In this document: positions 37,741 through 45,320 of the stretch, in pieces | How the letters are laid out: every line of letters begins with the position of its first letter | Numbering within the stretch: the stretch's first letter is position 1 | Origin: Gemmatimonadota bacterium | Lineage (GTDB): Bacteria > Gemmatimonadota > Gemmatimonadetes > Gemmatimonadales > GWC2-71-9 | DNA: 45,320 nt | Direction of reading: 5' to 3' | NCBI GenBank assembly: GCA_031393795.1 | Contig: JANMWE010000217.1 | Location: 1-45,320, forward strand | The notes under the pieces: generated by a model | Database searches by the model: none | What the model was told of the DNA's origin: nothing | What the model saw: the letters and a program-made list of their open reading frames with translations, nothing else | Made by a program: the position numbers and the translations under genes

Positions 37741-39555
37741 GTGCCCACCCCCACCACGCTCAACGAGCTCTATTTCGGCGCCTTGGATCGGTTCCTCCAG
37801 CGGCCGGTCGTCATGCGCCGGAAGATCGACGGGCGGTGGATCGACCTGAGCTATCGCGGGCTGGCGGATCAGGTGAAGGAGACGGCGTTCGGGCTCACGG
37901 CCCTGGGCATCACGACGGGTGATCGCGTGGCGATCCTCTCCGAGAACCGGCCGGAGTGGGCCATCGCCGACTACGCCTGCCTCTCGGATCGGTGCACCGA
38001 CGTCCCGATCTACCCGACTCTTCCGGCCAAGCAGATCGAGTACCTCCTCAACGACTCCGGGGCGGTGGCGATCTTCGTCTCGACCCAGGTCCAGACCGAC
38101 AAGATCCTCGAGATCCGCGCCAACGTCCCGGGCCTCAAGCACATCTTCGCGATGGACGCGACGGTGAAGGGGAACGGGGTGATCGCGATGGACGCGCTGC
38201 GGGAAAAGGGGCGGAGCTCCGGGCTCGACGCCGGACGCTGGCGCACCGAGGCCCTGACGGTCAAGCCCGACGACCTGGCCACCTTCATCTATACGTCCGG
38301 GACGACGGGAGATCCCAAGGGGGTGATGCTCACCCACGGGAACCTCACCTCCAACGTCGTGGCCGGGCTGTCGGTGCTCGGCCTCGCCAGCAGCGACGAG
38401 TGCCTGTCGTTCCTGCCGCTCTCGCACGTGTTCGAACGGATGGCGGGGCACTACGTGATGATGCAGGCCGGCGTGATCATCAACTACGCCACCAGCATCG
38501 ACACCGTGGGGGCGGAGCTGGTCGAGGTGCGTCCCACGGTGGTGCTCTCGGTGCCGCGCCTGTTCGAGAAGATCTACGCCAAGGTCCTCGAAGGGGCGGT
38601 GAGCGGGAGTTTCGTCAAGAAGGCGATCTTCCACTGGGCCAAGCGCACCGGCGAGGAGTACGTCGACCTCACGATGGCGCACAAACCGATCCCGGGCGGG
38701 CTCAGGTTCGGCAAGCGCCTCGCGTCCAAGCTCGTCTTCAGCAAGCTCCAGGCGCGCACCGGGGGGCGGCTGCGCTTCTTCGTGTCGGGGGGAGCCCCGC
38801 TCCTGGCGGAGATCGCGCGCTTCTTCCACGCCGCGGACCTCCCCATCCTCGAAGGGTACGGCCTCACCGAGACCTCCCCGGTGATCACCGTCAACACCTT
38901 CGATCATTGGAAGATCGGCACCGTGGGACAGAAGGTCCCGGGAGTGGAGGTGCGGATCGCGGAGGACGGCGAGATCCTGACCCGCGGCCCGCACGTGATG
39001 AAGGGGTACTACCACAAGCCCGAGGCCACCCGTGAGGCGCTCGAGCCCGACGGCTGGTTCCACACCGGCGACATCGGCGAGTTCGATGCCGAGGGGTTCC
39101 TCCGCATCACCGACCGGAAGAAGGACATCATCGTCACCGCCGGCGGAAAGAAGATCGCCCCCCAGCCGATCGAGGGGACCACGAAGACCTCCCCCTTCGT
39201 CGCCAATGCGGTGATGATCGGCGACAAGCGGAAGTTCCCCCTGATGCTGGTGGTGCCCAACTTCGACAACCTCGAGTCGTGGGCCAGGCACAAGGGTCTC
39301 GTCTACGCCGACCGCTCGGCCCTCGCCAAGATGCCCGAGGCGCGCGCCAAGATCGAGCGCGAGGTGCTCAAGGTCCTGCGCGACCTGGCCCACTTCGAGG
39401 TGCCGAAGAAGTTCATCATCGTCGAACGCGACTTCAGCATCGAGAGCGGCGAACTCACGCCCAAGATGAGCGTGAAGCGGAAAGTGGTGGAAAAGAATTA
39501 CGCCGCCCAGATCGAAGCGGTGTATGCGGAGCCTGGACAGGCCGGAGACGCGTAA
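37741..39555 (+). CDS. Long-chain fatty acid-CoA ligase (AMP-binding family)
   Basis: GTG start. AMP-binding motif YTSGTTGDPKGVMLTHGNL, GYGLTETSP, WFHTGDIGEFDAEGFLRITDRKKD, GGKKIAPQPIE. Confidence 0.9.
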   Translation: MPTPTTLNELYFGALDRFLQRPVVMRRKIDGRWIDLSYRGLADQVKETAFGLTALGITTGDRVAILSENRPEWAIADYACLSDRCTDVPIYPTLPAKQIEYLLNDSGAVAIFVSTQVQTDKILEIRANVPGLKHIFAMDATVKGNGVIAMDALREKGRSSGLDAGRWRTEALTVKPDDLATFIYTSGTTGDPKGVMLTHGNLTSNVVAGLSVLGLASSDECLSFLPLSHVFERMAGHYVMMQAGVIINYATSIDTVGAELVEVRPTVVLSVPRLFEKIYAKVLEGAVSGSFVKKAIFHWAKRTGEEYVDLTMAHKPIPGGLRFGKRLASKLVFSKLQARTGGRLRFFVSGGAPLLAEIARFFHAADLPILEGYGLTETSPVITVNTFDHWKIGTVGQKVPGVEVRIAEDGEILTRGPHVMKGYYHKPEATREALEPDGWFHTGDIGEFDAEGFLRITDRKKDIIVTAGGKKIAPQPIEGTTKTSPFVANAVMIGDKRKFPLMLVVPNFDNLESWARHKGLVYADRSALAKMPEARAKIEREVLKVLRDLAHFEVPKKFIIVERDFSIESGELTPKMSVKRKVVEKNYAAQIEAVYAEPGQAGDA

Positions 39556-39615
39556 GGCGCGTGAGGTGCGGGAGCGGGTCGGGGCGCTCAGGGAGTTCCT
39601 GGGCGCCTTTCGCGT

Positions 39616-40215
39616 CTATCGCGCCTTTGCACTCACTCCCACCCACCACCCCTCCGCTGCCGCGAGGATCTGCAGGTCTTCACGAACGGGCGCGGGCCCC
39701 ACGCCGACGACCCGGAGCCCCGGGAGCACCACCCGGACCCCCTCGGCGATCCACTCCGGAGCCGCTCCGTACCCTGTCCCCAGCACCACCCCCCGCAGTT
39801 GCCGCGCCTTCACCGGGATGCTCGGCGCCCCCATCAGGCTCACCCTGTCGGAGCCCTCCGTCCCCGCGGGGGCGTTGATGCCGGCGAAGTGGACCCCGGG
39901 GAGGGCGGTGCTCAGTTCACGCCCCAGCGCGGCGATGTCACCCACGAGCCCCACATAGCCCCCCGGCCCGCCGAGGCCCAGGAAGGCAGCGAGGCCGGCC
40001 ACCGGAGGTGGAGCTGACGGGCTGACGGGCAGAAGAGCGGACGGGGGGCCAAAACGGACCACGCCATCCACGATCGGGTAGGTCGCGTTGCAGACCGGGC
40101 AGCCGAAGGTGCCGGTACGCACCTGGCGGTCCTTCACCGCGTCGGGGAGCAGGACGAGGAACGACTCGTCGTGCGCGGCGGGACAGCGGAGATGGTCGGT
40201 GAGTTCGATGAACAT
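39616..40215 (-). CDS. Hypothetical protein with an N-terminal Trm112-like zinc-ribbon
   Basis: ORF 39616..41331 trimmed to ATG 40215. MFIELTDHLRCPAAHDESFLVLL...FGCPVCNATYPIVDGVVRF resembles Trm112p-like fold proteins. The C-terminal part was not recognised. Confidence 0.5.
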   Translation of the reverse strand: MFIELTDHLRCPAAHDESFLVLLPDAVKDRQVRTGTFGCPVCNATYPIVDGVVRFGPPSALLPVSPSAPPPVAGLAAFLGLGGPGGYVGLVGDIAALGRELSTALPGVHFAGINAPAGTEGSDRVSLMGAPSIPVKARQLRGVVLGTGYGAAPEWIAEGVRVVLPGLRVVGVGPAPVREDLQILAAAEGWWVGVSAKAR

Positions 40216-40229
40216 GGAGCCAAACGTAA

Positions 40230-40353
40230 GGGGGGAGGGGGGAGTGCAAGAAGCGAGTGGGTGAAAAAGCGAGAAAGCGCGCAAGGGATCACCCTTTCGC
40301 GCTCGCTCGCTCGTGACCGACTCGCCGCTTGCACTCGAGCCTTGTCCCTCCCC
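40230..40353. repeat. ~125-bp long imperfect palindrome
   Basis: A central perfect 14-nt palindrome AAGGGATCACCCTT (40283-40296) is flanked by ~50-nt arms. For example, GAGTGCAAG (40242-40250) pairs with CTTGCACTC (40328-36), and GGGGGAGGG pairs with CCCTCCCCC. The arms carry indels. Confidence 0.55.
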
Positions 40354-40355
40354 CG

Positions 40356-42023
40356 TCAGGGCCTGAAGACCACCCACGTCAAATTCCCCTCCGTCACCGT
40401 CACCTTCCGCCACACTTTCTTGCCGTCGATCTCCACTCCCAGGGTGTATTCGCCGACCGGGACGTCCCCGATGGCGAAGTGTTCCTGGTAGAGGGGATGC
40501 ATATGGTTCTTCGCCCCGTACGTTTCCATCATGACGAGCGGCGTCTCGGCCGGCTCGAACTTGGAGAGCCCGAAGATGTGGGCCTGCGGCACCGGATGCC
40601 CCGACGCGTCGAACACCTGGCCGGCGACCCACCCGCTCTTCGCGCCGGCCGGCCTGAGCCAGAGCTCGGTGTTGGTGGTGTAGCGCGGGTATCGCTCGTT
40701 GGGATCCACGATGTACTTCACGCTGTCGATCGGGGAGGCGTGCACCTCGACGTGCAGGTGGTCGTTGGTGGCGCGGCCGGTGTTGCCCACGAGGGCGATG
40801 ACCTGCCCCGCGCGCACGCGGTCGCCGACCTTCACCTTGAGCGCGGAATTGTGGTAGTAGACCGAGAAGAGATAAAGCTTGGCCCGCACCACCGGCGTGG
40901 TGTCGACCGGTGAACGGGGGACGATCCCGGTGATGGTGGAGTCCATCCGGAGCGCCACGGTGAGGGCCCCCTGCTCCGCCGGCCCGGCCCAGACCACGAT
41001 GCCGCTCCCGATCGCGTGCACGGGCGTGCCGTCGGGGTTGTTGAACTCCACCCCCTGGTGCGGCTGGAAGGTCCCGCCGAAGGTCGATCCGTAGCGATAG
41101 GTCTGGTCGATGTACGGCTGGTCTCCACCGAGGATCGGTCGCTGGAACCAGGCGGTGCGCGGTGGCCGGCCGGAGTCGGTGGGGGCCCCGCGCATATTGG
41201 CGTAGCAGGTGGTGTCGTTGGCGGCGCCGCGGAAGACCAGCCCGCAGTTGGTCCCCTTCAGGAGCCAACGTCCGAGCTGGACGCTCTTGCGGGGGCGGAA
41301 GGCCACGATGGCCGCGGGTTGGGCGACCCACCCGGTGGGAGTGCGCTCGAGCCGCTGGTTGCCGCGGAGGGTCGCCACCGCGAGCCCGCGCCGGTCGGCG
41401 AGGATCTGCTTGACGTACTCGCTCCGGAGCACCGGGTAGGCCTTGGCGCCGAGTCGGTTGGTCTGGGGGCCGACCGAGTCGACGAGGACCTCCCAGGTAT
41501 GCCCGTCATCCCAGGTGAGCATCACGCCGTCGGCCGTCGCGATGTAGACCGTGTCGCCCCGGGTGACGATGCCGTCGGGCACGGTGTACTGGTACTCCGG
41601 ACCGAGCTCCGTTCCGGTCCAGTTCTTCCAGCTCTGGCCGCCGTCGAGCGACATCCCCCAGCCGTTGCCGGTGGCGCCGTACCAGATGACCCCGGGACGC
41701 GGGAAGGCGAAGGCGTGGATGAAGTCGAACGCGATCGACCTGTCGTGGTTCCGGTCGCGCACGATGTGCGTCCAGCTCGAATCTCCCGGCTTGAGCACGT
41801 AGATGCCGCGGCCGTAGGTGCCGACCCAGAGGGCGCCGTCGGGGGCCTTGGTCACGGTCAGCACCGGCACGCCGAACCCGGACGAGTCGGGCAGGGGCAC
41901 GATCGTCGGCGGCGGCTCGCGGGTGGCGGCACGCTGCGCCCGTGGCGGGGCGTTGATCTGGGCGGAGAGACCGGCGGCGGTGAGCGCGGCGGTCAGGGCG
42001 GCGAGCAGCGGCGAGCGGATCAT
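40356..42023 (-). CDS. Secreted M23 family metallopeptidase with an N-terminal BNR/propeller-like region and a C-terminal CarboxypepD_reg-like domain
   Basis: ORF 40356..42047 trimmed to ATG 42023 ([22 protein letters not shown], a signal peptide). Asp-box-like SLDGGQSW and TWDDGHTW. M23 motifs HQGVEF..GTPVHAIGSG and GNTGRATNDHLHVEVH; the first motif reads HxxxE rather than HxxxD. Confidence 0.8.
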   Translation of the reverse strand: MIRSPLLAALTAALTAAGLSAQINAPPRAQRAATREPPPTIVPLPDSSGFGVPVLTVTKAPDGALWVGTYGRGIYVLKPGDSSWTHIVRDRNHDRSIAFDFIHAFAFPRPGVIWYGATGNGWGMSLDGGQSWKNWTGTELGPEYQYTVPDGIVTRGDTVYIATADGVMLTWDDGHTWEVLVDSVGPQTNRLGAKAYPVLRSEYVKQILADRRGLAVATLRGNQRLERTPTGWVAQPAAIVAFRPRKSVQLGRWLLKGTNCGLVFRGAANDTTCYANMRGAPTDSGRPPRTAWFQRPILGGDQPYIDQTYRYGSTFGGTFQPHQGVEFNNPDGTPVHAIGSGIVVWAGPAEQGALTVALRMDSTITGIVPRSPVDTTPVVRAKLYLFSVYYHNSALKVKVGDRVRAGQVIALVGNTGRATNDHLHVEVHASPIDSVKYIVDPNERYPRYTTNTELWLRPAGAKSGWVAGQVFDASGHPVPQAHIFGLSKFEPAETPLVMMETYGAKNHMHPLYQEHFAIGDVPVGEYTLGVEIDGKKVWRKVTVTEGNLTWVVFRP

Positions 42024-42682
42024 CAGGTCGGTCCCAGCCGGAGCCAATCGATGTGAACATGCGGTGGCCGAGTGGCCGCGAAGAGCACTGCTTCGGCGAC
42101 GTCAGCGGGGCGGAGCATCTCGGCCCGGGGAGTGAAGCCCTCGCGGGCATCGGGATCGATCGGATCCCAGAGGGTGGTGTCCACCGGGCCGGGGGAGATG
42201 AGGGTGAGTCGCACCCCCGACCCACGATACTCGTCCACCAGGGTCTCGTGCAGCCCGCGGAGCCCGTACTTGCTGGCGGCGTAGGCCGCGTTCTCGGCGA
42301 AGCCGGTGTGGTCCGCCACGGAACCGATCGAGATGTAGGTCCCCCGCCCCGCCACGCCCATCGCCGGGAGGAAGGCGCGCGCCACCGCGAAGCTCGCGGT
42401 GAGATTGAGCGCGATCTGCGAGCGGAACTCCTCGACCGTGGTCTCGGCCAGCGGCTTGACGATATATGCGCCGGCGTTGCTCACCACCACCTCGGGCGCC
42501 CCCCGCTCGGCGAGGATCCGGTGCGCCACGGCGTCCCACGCCGCCGCATCGGTGAGGTCGCAGCGGTAGTCCCCTTCGGAGCGCGCCACGGTGACCACCC
42601 GGAACCCCGCGCCGGCCAGGGCGGCGGCACACGCCGCCCCGATGCCACGCGAGGCGCCGGTGACCACCGCGGTGTGGCTCAT
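42023..42682 (-). CDS. Short-chain dehydrogenase/reductase (SDR), candidate pterin (sepiapterin-type) reductase
   Basis: TGASRGIG cofactor motif, NAG, catalytic YAASKYG (YxxxK). Its stop overlaps the M23 start by 1 nt and its start overlaps the folE stop by 4 nt. Confidence 0.85.
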   Translation of the reverse strand: MSHTAVVTGASRGIGAACAAALAGAGFRVVTVARSEGDYRCDLTDAAAWDAVAHRILAERGAPEVVVSNAGAYIVKPLAETTVEEFRSQIALNLTASFAVARAFLPAMGVAGRGTYISIGSVADHTGFAENAAYAASKYGLRGLHETLVDEYRGSGVRLTLISPGPVDTTLWDPIDPDAREGFTPRAEMLRPADVAEAVLFAATRPPHVHIDWLRLGPT

Positions 42683-43257
42683 TCGGCCCAGCGGCCCGGC
42701 GAGACGAGCCGGAGGAACTCGTCGCGCGTGCGGGGGTCGTCGCGGAAGACGCCGCGGAGCGCGCTGGTGACCGTGCGGCTGTTCTGCTTCTCCACGCCGC
42801 GCATCGCCATGCAGAGGTGGACGCAGTCCACCACGACGCCCACCCCCTGGGGATGGAGCACGTCCATGATCGCGTCGGCCACCTGGTCGGTGAGGCGCTC
42901 CTGGACCTGGAGCCGGCGCGCGAAGACCTCGACGATGCGGGGGAGCTTGGAGAGCCCGACGATCTTGCCGTTGGGGATGTAGGCCACGTGGGCCCGTCCG
43001 AAGAACGGGAGCATGTGGTGCTCGCAGAGCGAGTAGAGCTCGATGTCGCGCACCAGGATCATCGACTGGTGCGACTCCTCGAACATCGCGTCGCCGATCA
43101 CGTCCTTGACCGACATCCCGTACCCGCGGGTGAGGGTGCGGAGGGAGGCGTCCACCCGCTGGGGGGTCTTCTTGAGGCCGTCGCGATCCGGATCCTCGCC
43201 GATGGCGACGAGGAGGTTTCGGACGGCGGCGGGCATGTCGGTCGGCTTATCGGCCAT
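42679..43257 (-). CDS. folE: GTP cyclohydrolase I
   Basis: [64 protein letters not shown]. Confidence 0.93.
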   Translation of the reverse strand: MADKPTDMPAAVRNLLVAIGEDPDRDGLKKTPQRVDASLRTLTRGYGMSVKDVIGDAMFEESHQSMILVRDIELYSLCEHHMLPFFGRAHVAYIPNGKIVGLSKLPRIVEVFARRLQVQERLTDQVADAIMDVLHPQGVGVVVDCVHLCMAMRGVEKQNSRTVTSALRGVFRDDPRTRDEFLRLVSPGRWAE

Positions 43258-43660
43258 CGTAGTCCACCCAGTTCCGGGGCGTCTCGTAGAGCCGCACGCG
43301 GAGCTTCAAGTGCATCGGGATATGGGGTCGGAGTTCCCGCCAGGTCACCAGGGCGATGTGCTCGGCCGAGGGGAGGAGGTCGCGGAACCAATCGACGTCG
43401 AGGTTCAGGTTCTTGTGGTCGAGCTTGGCGACCACGTGCTGCTCCGCCAGCCCCTTCAGGATCCCGACGTCCATCACATAGCCGGTGTCGGGAGCGATCG
43501 GCCCCTCGACCGTGAGGTCGAGTTCGTAGTTGTGGCCGTGCCAGTTGGCGTTATTGCACGGTCCGAAGATCTTGGCGTTCCACTCGTCGGACTGGCGGGG
43601 GTTGTGCAGACGGTGCGCGGCGTTGAAGTGCACGCGCCGCGTCACGGCGACGATGGGCAT
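43247..43660 (-). CDS. 6-pyruvoyl-tetrahydropterin synthase family protein (Cx5HGH, eukaryote-like PTPS type)
   Basis: [54 protein letters not shown]. This is a close by-eye match to the mammalian PTPS motifs (FGKCNNPNGHGHNY, LDHKNLD, VYETDNN). Confidence 0.85.
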   Translation of the reverse strand: MPIVAVTRRVHFNAAHRLHNPRQSDEWNAKIFGPCNNANWHGHNYELDLTVEGPIAPDTGYVMDVGILKGLAEQHVVAKLDHKNLNLDVDWFRDLLPSAEHIALVTWRELRPHIPMHLKLRVRLYETPRNWVDYDGR

Positions 43661-43694
43661 CGGGGGTCCGAAGAGGGATATCGAAAATAGTACA

Positions 43695-43732
43695 CCCCCT
43701 CTCCCGCAAGGGAGAGGGGGCTGGGGGTGAGG
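43695..43732 (-). repeat. Dispersed hairpin repeat, copy 2 (reverse orientation)
   Basis: CCCCCTCTCCC-GCAA-GGGAGAGGGGG (43695-43720) plus CTGGGGGTGAGG (43721-43732). Its reverse complement matches copy 1 (31803-31841) except for 2 flank positions. Confidence 0.55.
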
Positions 43733-43963
43733 CAGGTGGTCGAACGGCGGCGGAGAGGGGTGTTTCGAAGCCCGTTGAATATGTTCGGCACCCTCAGATC
43801 GGCTTTTGCCTTCCCCCGAGGGGGCGTGACATCGGTCAACTCATTCGGGCCCTTCAACAGACATGTTGGCTCGACACGCAGGTTCCCCACCGTCGTCCGT
43901 GCATTAAGATACGGGCAGGCCCGGACGGGCGCAATCGGTTTTTCTTCTCTCTTGCGGAGTCCC

Positions 43964-44125
43964 ATGCTGACGCTTCTCGCCGCCGTCGTGTCACTGGTCG
44001 CCTGGGTGATCTTCGCCTTCATCCTCAAGGTCGGCTCAGGCGCGATCCACCTCCTCCTGGCCCTCGGGGGGACCCTGCTGGTGCGCTGGTGGGCCCTCCG
44101 GACGCCGGGCCAGGCCTCGAAATGA
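43964..44125 (+). CDS. 53-aa two-helix membrane protein, hypothetical
   Basis: ORF 43727..44125 trimmed to ATG 43964 (MLTLLAAVVSLVAWVIFAFILKVGSGAIHLLLALGGTLLVRWW...). Its stop overlaps the next ATG (ATGA). Confidence 0.45.
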   Translation: MLTLLAAVVSLVAWVIFAFILKVGSGAIHLLLALGGTLLVRWWALRTPGQASK

Positions 44126-45320
44126 GCACCCCGACCACGGGTGGCGCCCACACCGACATCCGCGACCTCGCCGGATTCGCCCTCGCCGCTACGCTCTTCG
44201 GGCTCCTCGTGCTGGGGGTCTATGACGACCTGACCCCGCCCCTCATCTACTTCCTTTTCGCCTGGACGGTCTGGCCGCTCCGTGCCCGGGCCGAGGTCCG
44301 CACGGCGCTCGGCGTGAGCACGGCGATCATCGGGGTCTGGTTCCTCGGTGAGTTCGGTCCGGTGCTGACCCCCTTCGTGGTGGCGATCGGCGTCGCCTAC
44401 GTCATTGCGCCACTGGTCGGATTCCTCGCCGCCCGGCGGGTGCCGCGCGGACTGGCGATCGTCCTCGTGGTGCTGCCGATCGCGGCCCTCGTGGCCACGG
44501 CGATCCTGGTCGCGGGACCGCAGCTGGTGGACCAGTCGCAGGCAATGGTGACTCGGCTCCCCGGGTTCGCCCACCGGATCGTCGAATGGCTGGCGAGCTT
44601 CGGCGACCGGCTCGCCACCCTCCCCTTCCTCAGCGCGGCTCAGAAAAGCTGGCTCAACCGGCTTGACGCCGACAAGCTCGGCGCGATCCTGCAGGGGTAC
44701 GCCCAGATCCTCTTCCGGGACATCGCGAACTCCTTCCTCGGCATGCTGTCGCACGTTCGCAGCATCCTCGGGTTCCTCGCCTTCCTGGTGGTGGTCCCGG
44801 TCGTCACCTTCTACCTGCTGTATGACTGGGCCAAGTTCACCGCTGCCATCGAGAACCTGATCCCGGGGTCACGGCGGCCCAATGTGGTCGCGTTCATCCA
44901 GGAATACGACAAGTCGCTGGGCCGCTACGTCCGGGGGGTGCTGATGGAGGCCACGCTGGTCGGCACCCTCACGACCATCCTGTTGACGGCCTTCGGGATC
45001 CCGAGCGCGCTCCTCCTCGGCCTCATCGCCGGCGTGTTCAACCTGATCCCCTACATCGGATTCTTCGCCTCGCTCATCCCGGCGCTGATCTTCGCGCTGA
45101 CGATGGACGATCCGGTGGGGGGCCTCTTCCGGGTGATCATCACCTTCGTCGGCATCCAGTTCCTCGATGGGCACATCACCGGCCCCCGGATCGTGGGGCA
45201 CTCTGTGGGACTCCACCCGATCTGGATCATGATCGCGATGGGGATCTCCGGGACCCTCTTCGGCTTCATCGGGCTGCTGATCGCGATCCCGCTCGCGGTG
45301 CTGGCGAAGATGCTGCTGGC
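44122..45320 (+). CDS. AI-2E (PerM/UPF0118) family transporter, 3-prime partial
   Basis: This gene is absent from the ORF track because it has no stop inside the window. My own translation from ATG 44122 gives MSTPTTGGAHTDIRDLAGFALAATLFGLLVLG... and later GVFNLIPYIGFFASLIPALIFAL...FVGIQFLDGHITGPRIVGHSVGLHPIWIMIAMGISGTLFGFIGLLIAIPLAVLAKMLL. That is the conserved core of AI-2E permeases. Confidence 0.8.
   Translation, partial: MSTPTTGGAHTDIRDLAGFALAATLFGLLVLGVYDDLTPPLIYFLFAWTVWPLRARAEVRTALGVSTAIIGVWFLGEFGPVLTPFVVAIGVAYVIAPLVGFLAARRVPRGLAIVLVVLPIAALVATAILVAGPQLVDQSQAMVTRLPGFAHRIVEWLASFGDRLATLPFLSAAQKSWLNRLDADKLGAILQGYAQILFRDIANSFLGMLSHVRSILGFLAFLVVVPVVTFYLLYDWAKFTAAIENLIPGSRRPNVVAFIQEYDKSLGRYVRGVLMEATLVGTLTTILLTAFGIPSALLLGLIAGVFNLIPYIGFFASLIPALIFALTMDDPVGGLFRVIITFVGIQFLDGHITGPRIVGHSVGLHPIWIMIAMGISGTLFGFIGLLIAIPLAVLAKMLL

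Noticed and set aside
43661-43694. A preQ1 or THF riboswitch upstream of the PTPS/folE operon.
   Set aside because: The leader is only about 35 nt before the repeat hairpin and shows no resemblance to the preQ1 or THF consensus as I remember them.

Overview
This is a 45,320-bp, very GC-rich (roughly 68-70% by eye) and tightly packed bacterial chromosomal segment. I support 43 protein-coding genes, one of which runs off the 3-prime end. I saw no rRNA, tRNA, CRISPR array, transposase or integrase. Most long entries in the ORF track are GC-rich shadow ORFs. I picked real genes by recognisable family motifs, signal peptides, SD-like sequences, and a very regular habit of 1- or 4-nt stop/start overlaps (GTGA, ATGA, TGATG). 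The backbone is housekeeping: recF-DUF721-gyrB, ligA, glpK, thymidine phosphorylase, a tldD/pmbA pair, acyl-CoA synthetase, enoyl-CoA hydratase, a Ser/Thr kinase, APC and AI-2E permeases, and folE. The protein style gives a Gemmatimonadota/Acidobacteriota-like impression that I cannot verify here. The main find is at 2674-13449. A four-gene, translationally coupled module (7060-13449) encodes a 9-haem lipoprotein, a membrane-anchored 19(+1)-haem protein with a NapC/NrfH-like head, a haem-free predicted outer-membrane beta-barrel, and a 16-haem periplasmic protein. This is a porin-cytochrome type candidate electron conduit. It is transcribed divergently from an atypical System I cytochrome c maturation operon (2674-6950). 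That operon has a CXXXY-type CcmE, a CcmH-like protein with a Tat-like signal and five cysteines, and two zinc-ribbon accessory proteins. The second theme is that nearly every larger intergenic gap is filled by palindromic elements. These include an unusual family whose inverted arms are built from tandem heptamers (GTGCGAG, GTGAGGA or TTGGCTR types), and some arms overlap the ends of coding regions. Smaller observations are a eukaryote-type PTPS + GTP cyclohydrolase I + SDR pterin cluster, a TldD homologue with HAxxxH instead of HExxxH, and a GxxExxY gene interrupted by an in-frame TAG. All family assignments come from motif recognition by eye; no database search was run.
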